Positions 44,504 to 54,176 of a DNA stretch of 62,779 nt are shown here, piece by piece. The stretch comes from Clostridia bacterium (GTDB taxonomy: Bacteria > Bacillota > Clostridia > Christensenellales > UBA1242). Location: positions 1 to 62,779 of the forward strand of contig JAFTYD010000021.1 in NCBI GenBank assembly GCA_017464845.1, written 5' to 3'. The notes under the pieces are model-generated. The model did no database searches. It was not told where the DNA came from and saw only the letters and a list, made by a program, of their open reading frames with translations. Every line of letters starts with the position of its first letter. Positions within the stretch are counted from its first letter, which is position 1. A program made the position numbers and the translations under genes.

Positions 44504-45757
44504 ATGAAATTATCAAATTTAGGATTAAAAACAAGAAAAAATATTGGTAGCGAAGATTGCTACATTAGTGAATTATTAGAACAAAGTGGACAACTTAAAA
44601 AATATTCAGCAGGTTGTTATGGCTTTGGGACAATGCTATTAAAAATAAAGAGAAATATTGAAGATATCATAAGAAATAATCTTGATGAAATTGGTTGTGC
44701 TGAAGTTCAATATTCAATCTTACAAGCAAAAAATTATTGGGAAGCAAGTGGTAGATGGAACAAGTATGTTGAATCTGGAACTATGTTTACAAGCAAAGGA
44801 AGAAATGGAGAATATTCAATTTGTGCAACAGCAGAAGAATTTAGCGTTGCAATGGTAAAAGACCATATAAAAAGTTATAGAGATTTAGGGTTTATTCATT
44901 ATCAAATTGGAACAAAGTTTAGAGATGAAATTCGTTGTCAAGGTGGACTTATAAAAAGTAAAGAATTTAATATGATGGACGCATATTCTTTTGATGAAAG
45001 CAAAGAGAAGATGGTTGAAAGTTACAACAAAATGATTGCTGTGTATCATAAGATTTTCAAAGAACTTGGCTTTGACAATATAAAAAATATTACATCAGTA
45101 AATGACATGGGTGGAAAAATTGCGACCGAATTTATGTGGTTCGATGAAGAGTATGGTCAAGACACAATTTATTGTAATGACGAATTAAATTTGTATGTCA
45201 ACGAAGAAGTTTTTGACATTGAAGATAGAGAACTTAAAGCATTAATTTTGGGAGAATATATTGATATAGATAAATCACAATTTGTAAAAAGAAAAGCAAC
45301 AGAAGTTGGACACATTTTTCAAAACGAACAAGTGTATTCAAAAATGATGGGTGGAACATTTATTAATCGTGAAGGTAAACAAGATTATTATTACAATGGG
45401 TGCTATGGAATTGGAGTGTCAAGACTTTGTGCGATAATTGCAGTTAATTGTTTAAGGAAATATGGTAAGCTTATTTGGGAAGATAATGTATCAGCATTTA
45501 ATATAAATATCATCTGCAAAAATGATGATGTTTGTTTACAAAAAGGATATAATCTTTATGAAGAATTAAAACAAAAAGGTGTCAAAGTTTGTATTGATGA
45601 TAGGAATAATTCTATTGGAGAAAAATTAAAGGACAACGAACTTTTTGGTATAAGAAAAATAATAATCGTAGGTAATGGTTACTTAAATAATGAAGATATA
45701 GAAATTGAAGATAGAAAAACAAATCAAAAATACAAATATGATATTAATAATATATAA
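44504..45757 (+). CDS. proS: Proline--tRNA ligase-like class II aaRS, short form lacking the INS editing domain (417 aa)
   Basis: Collinear with the bacterial ProRS catalytic core (YQIGTKFRDEIRCQGGLIKSKEFNMMDAYSF motif 2, GCYGIGVSRL motif 3) plus a C-terminal anticodon-binding-like domain. Confidence 0.7.
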   Translation: MKLSNLGLKTRKNIGSEDCYISELLEQSGQLKKYSAGCYGFGTMLLKIKRNIEDIIRNNLDEIGCAEVQYSILQAKNYWEASGRWNKYVESGTMFTSKGRNGEYSICATAEEFSVAMVKDHIKSYRDLGFIHYQIGTKFRDEIRCQGGLIKSKEFNMMDAYSFDESKEKMVESYNKMIAVYHKIFKELGFDNIKNITSVNDMGGKIATEFMWFDEEYGQDTIYCNDELNLYVNEEVFDIEDRELKALILGEYIDIDKSQFVKRKATEVGHIFQNEQVYSKMMGGTFINREGKQDYYYNGCYGIGVSRLCAIIAVNCLRKYGKLIWEDNVSAFNINIICKNDDVCLQKGYNLYEELKQKGVKVCIDDRNNSIGEKLKDNELFGIRKIIIVGNGYLNNEDIEIEDRKTNQKYKYDINNI

Positions 45758-45762
45758 TATGA

Positions 45763-45797
45763 AATACGCAACAAGAAAAAGTTGCGTATTTTTTTAG
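45763..45797 (+). terminator. Rho-independent terminator
   Basis: AATACGCAAC-loop-GTTGCGTATT followed by T6. Confidence 0.8.
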
Positions 45798-46091
45798 TTC
45801 AATAAGAAAAACTAGATTAAATTCGACTTAAAAAATCAAAAAAAGACTACCAAAAACTCTTAAATTAGGTAGATAAAAGTCTAAAAATAGGTAAAATCAG
45901 TCTGTTTTTATGTCAAAATCTATTAAAATATGGGTAAAATTAATAAAAAAATAAGTATAAAAAATAGGTATAATGTTTAAATTTTGTATCAAATATACTA
46001 AAAAGTGTCGCAAAAATAAAACTTTTTGCCGTTTCTTTTGTATAAAAAATGGATAATACTTGAAAAATAGTAGTATATGTGGTATAATGGT

Positions 46092-46222
46092 CAAGACCTA
46101 TAAAGAGTGTGTGAGGGACAGCCCCTATGACCACACAGCAACCACAAAACGTACGGTGCTAAAGGCTGAATGATGGGTTAAGGCTTTTTTCTCCCATCAA
46201 TATGTTTGATGGTTTTTCTTTG
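46092..46222 (+). ncRNA. SAM-I (S-box) riboswitch with terminator expression platform
   Basis: AAGAG..GAGGGACAGCCCCTATGACCACACAGCAACC....GGTGCTAAAGG matches the S-box core. Terminator CCATCAA-TATGT-TTGATGG + T5 competes with TGATGGG/CCCATCA. Extended -10 TGTGGTATAAT lies just upstream. Confidence 0.85.
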
Positions 46223-46248
46223 CAGTCGAAGAAGGAGAGAGAAAAAAA

Positions 46249-47343
46249 ATGAAAAAATTGCTTACAAGCGAAAGTGTAAATTGTGGACATCCAGACAAGA
46301 CTTGCGACATAATTGCTGATAGTTTTTTAGATGCAGCATTATCTCAAGATGAAAATGCACAAATGGCTGTTGAATGTGCAATAAAAGATAACAAACTTTT
46401 CATCTATGGAGAGGCAACAACAAAAGCAAGTTTAGACTATGTTCAAATTGCAAAAAAGACATTGGAAGAAATAGGATATGATGCGGACTCTTTTGAATTT
46501 GTAGTACAGGTATCAAAACAATCACAAGAAATCAACAATGCTGTTGTAAAAAGTGAACTGTGTGCAAATGATCAAGGTATTGTGTTTGGCTATGCTTGTG
46601 ATGAAACAAAACAACTTATGCCACTACCTTTGATGCTTGCTCATGATTTAATGAGAACTTATGAAGAGTATAGAAAAATCAATAATGATTTTCTTGCAGA
46701 TGCAAAATCACAAGTCTCTGTTGAGTATAATGATGATAGACCTGTAAAAATCAAAACTATCCTTGTTTCTGTATCTCACAAAGATAATTTATCAAATCAA
46801 GAAATCTATGAACTTATCAAAGCAAATGTCATCGGTAAAGTGCTTGAAAGTTGTGAAGTAGATTATAGTGATGCTGAAATTATCATAAATCCAAGTGGAC
46901 GCTTTACTATTTGGGGAAGCTATGGTGATAGTGGTTGCGTTGGAAGAAAAATAGTTGTGGATACCTATGGAGGATTTGCTCCTGTTGGTGGTGGTTGCTT
47001 TTCAAGTAAGAATGCCACAAAGGTTGATCGTTCAGGAGCTTATTATGCACGATATGTTGCAAAAAATATCGTAGCACACAATCTTGCAAAAAGATGTCTT
47101 ATTCATGTTTCTTATGGAATTGGTATAAAATATCCGTTATCAATTGATATTGATACTTTTGGAACAGAAAAAGTTTCAAAAGAAGAAATATATGAATTTG
47201 TCAACAAAAATTTTGATTTCAGTGTTGGTAATATGATTGAAGAATTAGATTTGTTAAAACCTATCTTCAAAGATACTGCTTGTTACGGACATTTTGGAAA
47301 TGAAAATTTCAGTTGGGAAAAAATTAAATTAAATTGCAAGTAA
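46249..47343 (+). CDS. metK: S-adenosylmethionine synthetase (methionine adenosyltransferase)
   Basis: SESVNCGHPDKTCDIIADSFLDA, GDSGCVGRKIVVDTYGG and KVDRSGAYYARYVAKN motifs. Somewhat short at 364 aa. Confidence 0.9.
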   Translation: MKKLLTSESVNCGHPDKTCDIIADSFLDAALSQDENAQMAVECAIKDNKLFIYGEATTKASLDYVQIAKKTLEEIGYDADSFEFVVQVSKQSQEINNAVVKSELCANDQGIVFGYACDETKQLMPLPLMLAHDLMRTYEEYRKINNDFLADAKSQVSVEYNDDRPVKIKTILVSVSHKDNLSNQEIYELIKANVIGKVLESCEVDYSDAEIIINPSGRFTIWGSYGDSGCVGRKIVVDTYGGFAPVGGGCFSSKNATKVDRSGAYYARYVAKNIVAHNLAKRCLIHVSYGIGIKYPLSIDIDTFGTEKVSKEEIYEFVNKNFDFSVGNMIEELDLLKPIFKDTACYGHFGNENFSWEKIKLNCK

Positions 47344-47414
47344 AATTGCATTTGTCCGATTTGATTTTAAAATCTTGTTGGACATAATTATCCAAAATTA
47401 ACTTAGGAGAAAGA

Positions 47415-48326
47415 ATGAGTAGAACTTTATATGAAATGGTAAAACAAATAGCCGATGAAGAAGGTCTTAAATTTAATACTTACATAAAAGACTGGGTTAT
47501 TGAACTTGAAAAAAATGACAAAGTAATGCATATTTATGGCTTTAGATTTTCAAATAATTCATCAAGCGTTGACAGAATCTTAAGTGATAAGTCAGCTTGT
47601 TACGAAGTTTTGAACGGATCTAACTTCCCTGCTATTGAACACATCTTAATTTCAAAGAAAGAAGAAGATTTCACAAACCGTGAAAGTAATAGCTACAAAC
47701 TTATGGTTTCAAAACTTGAAGAGTATGGTCAAATCGTACTTAAAAACAACAGTGATTCAAGTGGTGGTAAATCTGTTTATAAAGTTACAAACAGAGAAGA
47801 ACTTGAAGAAACTATTGACAAGTTATCTGACAAGAGAATGATTTCTCTTTCACCTTTCTACAATATTGAATGTGAATATCGTTTTATCGTACTTGATGGC
47901 GAAACAATGGTTTGTTACGCAAAAGAAAGACCATCTGTTACAGGTGATGGCGTAAAAACTGTTGATGAACTTATTAAAGACAAATATGTTGAATTCAATA
48001 ATCATGAAAAAATCGATCTTGAATATGTACCTGCAAAAGATGAAAAATATCTTTTAAGCTGGAAACATAATCTTATCAAAGGTTCTCGTCCTGTTGAAAT
48101 TAAAGACGAGAGCATTAAGGCTAGATTAACTGAAACAGCAAGACAAATCAGTAAGAGATTAAATCTTGGTTTCGTTTCAATTGATTTTGCTCAAATCGGA
48201 GATGATTTCAAGGTTATCGAAATTAATAGTGGTGTTTTAATGGAAAAATTCTCTGAAGAAAGTCAAGAAAATTATAACACTGCAAAAGAAGTTTATAGAA
48301 AGGCAATACTTAGAAACTTTGAATAA
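47415..48326 (+). CDS. ATP-grasp-like protein (303 aa)
   Basis: VLKNNSDSSGGKSVYKV...ISLSPFYNIECEYRFIVLDGE...FVSIDFAQIGDDFKVIEINSG resembles the ATP-grasp (RimK/ligase) fold. Confidence 0.5.
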   Translation: MSRTLYEMVKQIADEEGLKFNTYIKDWVIELEKNDKVMHIYGFRFSNNSSSVDRILSDKSACYEVLNGSNFPAIEHILISKKEEDFTNRESNSYKLMVSKLEEYGQIVLKNNSDSSGGKSVYKVTNREELEETIDKLSDKRMISLSPFYNIECEYRFIVLDGETMVCYAKERPSVTGDGVKTVDELIKDKYVEFNNHEKIDLEYVPAKDEKYLLSWKHNLIKGSRPVEIKDESIKARLTETARQISKRLNLGFVSIDFAQIGDDFKVIEINSGVLMEKFSEESQENYNTAKEVYRKAILRNFE

Positions 48327-48336
48327 TTTAATAATA

Positions 48337-48369
48337 AAAAAGAAGTTAAAATCTAACTTCTTTTTTTTA
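48337..48369 (+). terminator. Rho-independent terminator
   Basis: GAAGTTA-AAATC-TAACTTC flanked by A-run and T9. Confidence 0.75.
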
Positions 48370-48390
48370 TTTTTTCTAAATCGTTTTCTT

Positions 48391-48416
48391 GTCATTCTGT
48401 GCTAATCGAAGAAACT
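48391..48416 (+). repeat. Copy 2 (degenerate) of the short interspersed repeat
   Basis: gtcattctgtgctaatcgaagaaact compares with 7646..7676 and the reverse complement of 50094..50123. Confidence 0.45.
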
Positions 48417-48419
48417 ATA

Positions 48420-49211
48420 TTATCTTGTCATAAAGTCCAATGCAAGTTTTAAGATTTCGTTTTTTATCTTAACAAAAACATCTTGACCGTCAATCCAATC
48501 CCATTGTTTTTGATTTATGGCATCGGTGAAGTATAAGATTTGAGAAAATTCAAAGTTGTGATATTTTGCAACGGCACACCAAGAAGCACATTCCATTTCA
48601 ACGGCAGTTGCACCTTGACTTAATCTTAAGTTTGCTCTACCAGCAGTTTCACGATAGATAGCATCTGTTGTCCAAGTTGTTTCAAAAGAGAAATCAACAT
48701 TCTTTTCTTTTAAGAAAGCACTTAACTCTTGATTTTGTTTTTCTGATGTTTCAACATAAAGAGATGGCTTTATATATTGATAAGATGCACCATCATCTCT
48801 TATGGCATTTTTGACAAGGATAAGTTTTGAAGTGTCAAATTCAGGATTTATGCAACCAGCAGAACCAAATGCTAAAAATTTTGTTATACCAAAGAAAGAT
48901 AATTCTTCCATAACAAGACTAGCGCAAGCACCACCGATGGTAACACTTACAACCAAAGTTTTGTTATCATATATGTAAATAGGAAGATTTACACCACCAT
49001 CACCGATTTGATAAAAATATTCGAACTTGTCTTTTATTTCTTTGTCATATTCGTCATCTTTGAAAAAACATAAAACAGCACTTGTGATATTTAGTTTTTT
49101 CAATTCTTCTCTTTTTTGTTCAACATTTTTGTCAGCACCAACAAGTAATTTGCTTGGTGTGATAAGAGATTCTTCATTTAAAAAATTGTCGGTAATTGGA
49201 AAATTTTCCAT
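48420..49211 (-). CDS. Nucleoside phosphorylase family protein (PNP/UDP-1 fold)
   Basis: GSAGC...AVEMECASW pattern typical of the uridine/purine nucleoside phosphorylase family. Confidence 0.7.
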   Translation of the reverse strand: MENFPITDNFLNEESLITPSKLLVGADKNVEQKREELKKLNITSAVLCFFKDDEYDKEIKDKFEYFYQIGDGGVNLPIYIYDNKTLVVSVTIGGACASLVMEELSFFGITKFLAFGSAGCINPEFDTSKLILVKNAIRDDGASYQYIKPSLYVETSEKQNQELSAFLKEKNVDFSFETTWTTDAIYRETAGRANLRLSQGATAVEMECASWCAVAKYHNFEFSQILYFTDAINQKQWDWIDGQDVFVKIKNEILKLALDFMTR

Positions 49212-49516
49212 AATTTTTGTTTCCTTTTAAAAATTTATTATCAAGATTAAAACTTGTTGCATATATATCACTATGGAAGTTGTAAAAGCAATTCTTCATA
49301 ATTTAGTACCACATTTAAAGTCGATTTATTGACTAAACTTCATAAATCACATTGTGATGTAAAACACTATTAGTGTCAATATGAAACAATTTGGGGTATT
49401 ATAGCATAAGATATTTTTTTTGTCTATAATTTTGCTTTACAAAAGAAAAAATATATTATATAATATTTTTGTAATTTGTTTTAATTACAATTTTACAAAA
49501 GGGGGAAAAAGAGTCG

Positions 49517-50038
49517 ATGAAGAATCTTAAAGCAATTCTTGGTTATGGCGTAACAATGGTAGCTTCAGCTTTAGTTTTTGTTTGGTACTGCTTAGCAGGT
49601 CTTACAATGAAAGCACCTTCAGTTTTAACTGGTGGAGAATCTATGACTGAAAGCCAAAAGATTTGGGATGTTCTCAAAGAAGAAGGTATTGATTCTAGTA
49701 AGTATACAACATCAAATACTTTCGCAATTATTGCATTAGTATTAGCTTGTATCTTAATCGTAACAAGTATTCTTGGTCTTTTGAATTCAATGGGCGTTAT
49801 AAAACTTGGATTTATGCCAATCGTTAACTATGTTGTTGCTGGTCTTTTCTTAGTAGCTTCTATCGTTGCATTTGCTTGCATGATGAGCTATGCAAGTGAA
49901 ATGGCTGAACTTATGACAGGTGGACTTGATATTGAAGGTTTCTCATTTACTGCAGGAATCGGTTATATTTTAACTATGGTATCTTCAGTTGTTGCTGTTG
50001 CAGGCGTAGTTGTAGGAAGTCTTGGTTCAAAAAAATAA
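49517..50038 (+). CDS. Membrane protein (173 aa, ~4 TM)
   Basis: Hydrophobic segments. Codon composition resembles well-expressed genes. Confidence 0.5.
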   Translation: MKNLKAILGYGVTMVASALVFVWYCLAGLTMKAPSVLTGGESMTESQKIWDVLKEEGIDSSKYTTSNTFAIIALVLACILIVTSILGLLNSMGVIKLGFMPIVNYVVAGLFLVASIVAFACMMSYASEMAELMTGGLDIEGFSFTAGIGYILTMVSSVVAVAGVVVGSLGSKK

Positions 50039-50054
50039 TTGAATTAAAACTTTA

Positions 50055-50084
50055 AAGAAAGTGCTTTTGCACTTTCTTTTTTTG
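50055..50084 (+). terminator. Rho-independent terminator
   Basis: AAGAAAGTGC-TTTT-GCACTTTCTT followed by T6. Confidence 0.8.
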
Positions 50085-50093
50085 TTACTTGGT

Positions 50094-50123
50094 GGAGATT
50101 CTTCGCTAACGCTTCAGAATGAC
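50094..50123 (-). repeat. Copy 3 of the short interspersed repeat (inverted orientation)
   Basis: The reverse complement reads gtcattctgaagcgttagcgaagaatctcc. Confidence 0.5.
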
Positions 50124-50271
50124 ATAAAAGGTTAAATGATACTTATATTATGTAATTTTGAGTGCTAACAAAAACTCTTTTTGCTGTTTTTAGAAATATT
50201 AATATAAATTTACTTTACAAATATAATTATTTTTGAGATAATGCTTTTATAAGAGTACTTATGGAGGGAAT

Positions 50272-50769
50272 ATGGGAAACAAAAGGCAATTGTCGTTACT
50301 TGGGTATAGCTTGGGTTTATTCCTTTCAATTTGTGTTTATTTTGTCTATTTTGCAAGTGTTATAAATATAAAACTTGATGAGCATACAATGAAACCTTTT
50401 GAGAGTCTTTACAAAACTATGCTTGATGAACGTTTTAAAGGTGGCTTTGCTCTTGGAAAATTGTTTTTGCTTATAACTTTGATTATTAATAGTATTAATG
50501 CAATTGTGTGTTTGGTTGGAATATTGACCAATTGTGGGGGAATAAAGAGAGTTCCATATTTTTGGATAGTCAACATCATTACATCGGTTTTAACCTGTGT
50601 TTTTGCTATGGCAAGTTGTGTTATGTTTGTGTATTGGATAATTGACCGTAAGTCTTATGATATTTATTCTCTTGGGACAGGCTTAATTTTGCTTGTAGTA
50701 GTTACAGTAGTAAATTTTGCTTGTTCACTCTTTACGATAACAAAAGAAAAAGAAGATAGATTTGATTAA
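50272..50769 (+). CDS. Membrane protein (165 aa, ~4 TM)
   Basis: RBS GGAGGGA. Hydrophobic segments. Confidence 0.5.
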   Translation: MGNKRQLSLLGYSLGLFLSICVYFVYFASVINIKLDEHTMKPFESLYKTMLDERFKGGFALGKLFLLITLIINSINAIVCLVGILTNCGGIKRVPYFWIVNIITSVLTCVFAMASCVMFVYWIIDRKSYDIYSLGTGLILLVVVTVVNFACSLFTITKEKEDRFD

Positions 50770-50820
50770 TCTATCTTTTTTGTTTGTCATAATAAATATC
50801 TTTTTTCACAAACTAAAAAT

Positions 50821-51390
50821 ATGAAAGATTTCTTAAAAGATTTACTTTTGTATATAAGTTCGTTTGTGCCTATGTATTTTTTAATTTTTATAAGACTCAT
50901 TGTTGAAATAATAAATGACAATCTTTCTTTTAATATTTTAAATACATTAAACTTTGTTACATTGTTAATTCTTATTTTGTCAGGGTGTTTTGGTCTTGTG
51001 TGGAATGTAAAGTATTCTACATTAAAGGAAATGGAAATAGAGATAACTTTTCAACAAAATATCACAGAAAGACATTTTCTGGGATACTTTTCGCTTTTTG
51101 TATTTTTTGCAATTCCTCTTGACTTGTCTTATGTAAGTGTATATTGTGTTTATATTTTAGTTCTTGTTATGATAGGAATTGTTTATATCAACAATTCTCT
51201 TTATTATATAAATCCTTTTCTAAATCTTTTAGGATACAATTTTTATGATGTGGAATATATAGAAATTGGTTCGAATGAAAAGAAAAAGGCGAAAGTGTTT
51301 TGCAAGGGAAATTTAATTGAAAAAGGTAATACTTGTAAAGTAAAAATCAAAAATGAACATTTTATGTTTGTTGACAAGGATAAATTATAA
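50821..51390 (+). CDS. Membrane protein (189 aa)
   Basis: 3-4 TM segments. Weak RBS. Confidence 0.4.
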   Translation: MKDFLKDLLLYISSFVPMYFLIFIRLIVEIINDNLSFNILNTLNFVTLLILILSGCFGLVWNVKYSTLKEMEIEITFQQNITERHFLGYFSLFVFFAIPLDLSYVSVYCVYILVLVMIGIVYINNSLYYINPFLNLLGYNFYDVEYIEIGSNEKKKAKVFCKGNLIEKGNTCKVKIKNEHFMFVDKDKL

Positions 51391-51505
51391 TTATTTGTTT
51401 CTAAGTTTTCATTTATTTTGTTATAATATATTTGTTTAACAAAAATTTAACATTTTTTTAATTATATTTAAACAAATATATTTTAAAATCAAAGCGAGGT
51501 TGAAT

Positions 51506-52177
51506 ATGATAGAGATATTGCTTGTTGAAGATGATGAAAACTTAAATAAGATTGTAAATGATTATCTTACTGACAATGGTTACAAAGTAACTAGTTGTTT
51601 TAATGGTATTGATGCTCTTGAACAGTTTAATGCAAATCGTCCACATATTATTATCAGTGATATCATGATGCCGAATATGGACGGGTTTGCTCTTTCACAA
51701 CTTATCAGAAAACAAGATGAAAAAGTTCCTATTCTTTTTATGACTGCAAGAGATGACATTGAATCAAAACAAAAAGGGTACCTTCTTGGAATTGATGATT
51801 ACATAGTAAAACCTTTTGACCTTAATGAACTTGTTTTAAGAATTGGCGCAATAATGAAAAGAGTCAATATCATAACTTCAAAAAAATTGGAAGTTGGAAA
51901 TCTTGTTATGGATGAAGAAGAACATACTGCTTACTGTGATGGTGAAGAATTAAACTTGACTGTAAGGGAATTTAATATTTTGTTTAAGCTTTTATCTTAT
52001 CCAAAAAAGACTTTCACTCGTTCTCAACTTATGGATTTGTTTTGGGATTATGATTCTTCTGCAACTTCAAGAACTGTTGATGTTTATATGGCGAAACTTA
52101 GAGATAAAACTTTAAAGTGTAATGGTTTTGAAATTTTAACTGTTCATGGTCTTGGTTATAAGGTGGTACTTAGATGA
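51506..52177 (+). CDS. OmpR-family response regulator
   Basis: Receiver (LLVEDD, SDIMMPNMDG, KPF) plus winged-helix output (REFNILFKLL...VDVYMAKLRDK). ATG 51506 is preferred to TTG 51500. Confidence 0.9.
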   Translation: MIEILLVEDDENLNKIVNDYLTDNGYKVTSCFNGIDALEQFNANRPHIIISDIMMPNMDGFALSQLIRKQDEKVPILFMTARDDIESKQKGYLLGIDDYIVKPFDLNELVLRIGAIMKRVNIITSKKLEVGNLVMDEEEHTAYCDGEELNLTVREFNILFKLLSYPKKTFTRSQLMDLFWDYDSSATSRTVDVYMAKLRDKTLKCNGFEILTVHGLGYKVVLR

Positions 52178-53232
52178 GAAAAAAGAAATCAAAAGTTCAA
52201 AATTCAAAGTATAGTATCAAAACCTATTTTTCAATTTCAATAATGGTTTCAATTGTTGCTGCATCTTCAATTTTTTTGTATGCATTTTTAGATTTTATTA
52301 GCAATCATAATAGACTTTTAAGTGCAATTGTTGGAGTTGTTTATATTGCTGTTATGACTTTTATTTGTATGGTGCTTGATGCTAGAACAAAACACCTTGA
52401 ATTAAAACTTCCACTTCGAACAATTTTAGATGCAACTGAAAGAATAACAAATGGGGATTTGTCTGTTAGACTTGAACCTATTCACCCTTGGGGTAAGTTT
52501 GATGAGTATGATATCATTATTGAAAACTTAAATAAGATGGTTATCAGTTTGTCAAATAATAGTGTGCTAAAATCTGATTTTATTTCAAACGTTTCTCATG
52601 AAATAAAAACACCGATTGCAATTATTCAAAATTATGCAACTGCTTTAACAAATGAAAATATTCCACAAGAAAAGAAAAAAGAATATCTTTCAACTTTGAT
52701 TGAAACTTCAAAAAAACTTTCAAATCTTGTTAGTAATATTTTGAAACTTAACAAGCTTGAAAATCAAGATATTATAATTGAGAAAAAAGAATTTGAACTT
52801 GGAGAATATGTAAGAGAAAATGTCTTGAAATTTGAAGAGTTAATTGAAAACAAAAATATCGAACTTGATTGTGATATTGATGATATGAAAATTCTTTCTG
52901 ATGAAAGTTATATTGAAATAATTTTGAATAATCTAATTTCAAACGCAATAAAATTTACTAATGAAAAAGGTCATATTTTTATTAGCTTAAAAAAAGTTGA
53001 AGACTATGCTATTTTAAAAGTTAGCGATGACGGAATAGGAATGTCTCAAGCTGTTGGGAAAAGAATATTTGAAAAATTCTATCAGGGAGATACTTCTCAT
53101 TCGCAAGAAGGAAATGGACTTGGTCTTGCACTTGTAAAAAAAGTTATAGAAATAATTGGAGGGGAAATTTCTGTTGAAAGTGAACCTTTAAAAGGTACGA
53201 CTTTTATTGTAAAGTTGGAAACTTTAAATTAA
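52174..53232 (+). CDS. Sensor histidine kinase
   Basis: 2 TM + HAMP-like segment + H-box SHEIKTPIA, N-box NNLISNAIKFT, G-boxes DDGIGM and GNGLGLALVK. ATGA overlap with the regulator gene. Confidence 0.9.
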   Translation: MRKKKSKVQNSKYSIKTYFSISIMVSIVAASSIFLYAFLDFISNHNRLLSAIVGVVYIAVMTFICMVLDARTKHLELKLPLRTILDATERITNGDLSVRLEPIHPWGKFDEYDIIIENLNKMVISLSNNSVLKSDFISNVSHEIKTPIAIIQNYATALTNENIPQEKKKEYLSTLIETSKKLSNLVSNILKLNKLENQDIIIEKKEFELGEYVRENVLKFEELIENKNIELDCDIDDMKILSDESYIEIILNNLISNAIKFTNEKGHIFISLKKVEDYAILKVSDDGIGMSQAVGKRIFEKFYQGDTSHSQEGNGLGLALVKKVIEIIGGEISVESEPLKGTTFIVKLETLN

Positions 53233-53251
53233 AATATTAAGGAATGAAATA

Positions 53252-53644
53252 ATGGAAAATAATGAAAAATTTAAATATTCATATTCTGCACCAACTCAAG
53301 ATGAAACACGTGAAATCGAAAATATAAGAAAACAATATTTGCCTTTGTCAAACCGTCAAAAAAAATATGAAGAACTTAAAAATCTTGACAAAAAGGTTAG
53401 GCTTACTCCACTTATTATTTTTGCCCTTATTGGTATTGTTTGTGTATTAATTTTTGGTAGTGGTATGGTAATGGTATTGGAACTTCACAAATTAATTGCT
53501 GGAATTATTTTGTCAGTGCTTGGTGCATTATCTTTACTTGGAGATTATTTTCTTTATAGATTTTTGGTTAAAAAATTTAAAGAAAAATATGCAAAACGTA
53601 TTTTAGAGATAAGTGAAGAATTATTAAACGAAAAGGATAAATAA
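53252..53644 (+). CDS. Small 2-TM membrane protein (130 aa), paralog of 53770..54114
   Basis: KYEELKNLDKKVRLTPLIIFALIGIVCVLIFGSGMV aligns with KFEKLKRLDRQVKKPAKIFAYIFGIIGTLIFGTGMC. Confidence 0.5.
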   Translation: MENNEKFKYSYSAPTQDETREIENIRKQYLPLSNRQKKYEELKNLDKKVRLTPLIIFALIGIVCVLIFGSGMVMVLELHKLIAGIILSVLGALSLLGDYFLYRFLVKKFKEKYAKRILEISEELLNEKDK

Positions 53645-53667
53645 TTAATTTTATTTATCTTTTTTTT
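53636..53667 (+). terminator. Rho-independent terminator
   Basis: GATAAATAA-TTAATT-TTATTTATC followed by T8. Confidence 0.6.
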
Positions 53668-53769
53668 ATTTTAATATTTTTTTAACAATTTAATTACAAA
53701 ATTTTAATCTATTGTTAATAAAATATAAATATTTGTATTTTATAATTATTATGTAAAAAGGAGATTTGT

Positions 53770-54114
53770 ATGCTAGAAGAAGTAAACAAAATTAAGTCTC
53801 ATTATGCAGAAAAGCAAGAAACAAAATTTGAAAAACTTAAACGTCTTGATAGACAAGTAAAAAAGCCTGCAAAAATTTTTGCTTATATTTTTGGGATAAT
53901 CGGAACTTTAATTTTTGGAACAGGAATGTGTTTAGCTATGAAAGTAATTGGAAATATTATGGCTATTGGAATTGTTATTGGAGTGTTTGGTATTTTTATG
54001 CTTATTTCAAATAACTTCTTGTACAAAATAATTTTAAGTGGTCGCAAAAAAAGATACTCTTCAGAAATTCTTGCAGTTGCAGATGAAATTATAAAACAAA
54101 ATAGTTTAAATTAA
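53770..54114 (+). CDS. Small 2-TM membrane protein (114 aa), paralog of 53252..53644
   Basis: Same architecture and conserved block. RBS AAAGGAGA. Confidence 0.5.
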   Translation: MLEEVNKIKSHYAEKQETKFEKLKRLDRQVKKPAKIFAYIFGIIGTLIFGTGMCLAMKVIGNIMAIGIVIGVFGIFMLISNNFLYKIILSGRKKRYSSEILAVADEIIKQNSLN

Positions 54115-54176
54115 TTAGGTTATTTTTTTTATTGTGTTATAATGTTTTTACATTATTATTTAAAAGGAGAGTTATT

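Noticed and set aside
45897-46134. Two 64-65-aa ORFs on the minus strand between the ProRS-like gene and metK
   Set aside because: No RBS, low-complexity translation, and they overlap the metK promoter and SAM riboswitch aptamer on the other strand.
49212-49516. Purine/nucleoside-responsive riboswitch upstream of the nucleoside phosphorylase gene
   Set aside because: The reverse-strand leader shows no purine-riboswitch core (no conserved TATAAT...GGATATGG...CTACC-type junction), only a short ATCAC-ATT-GTGAT palindrome.
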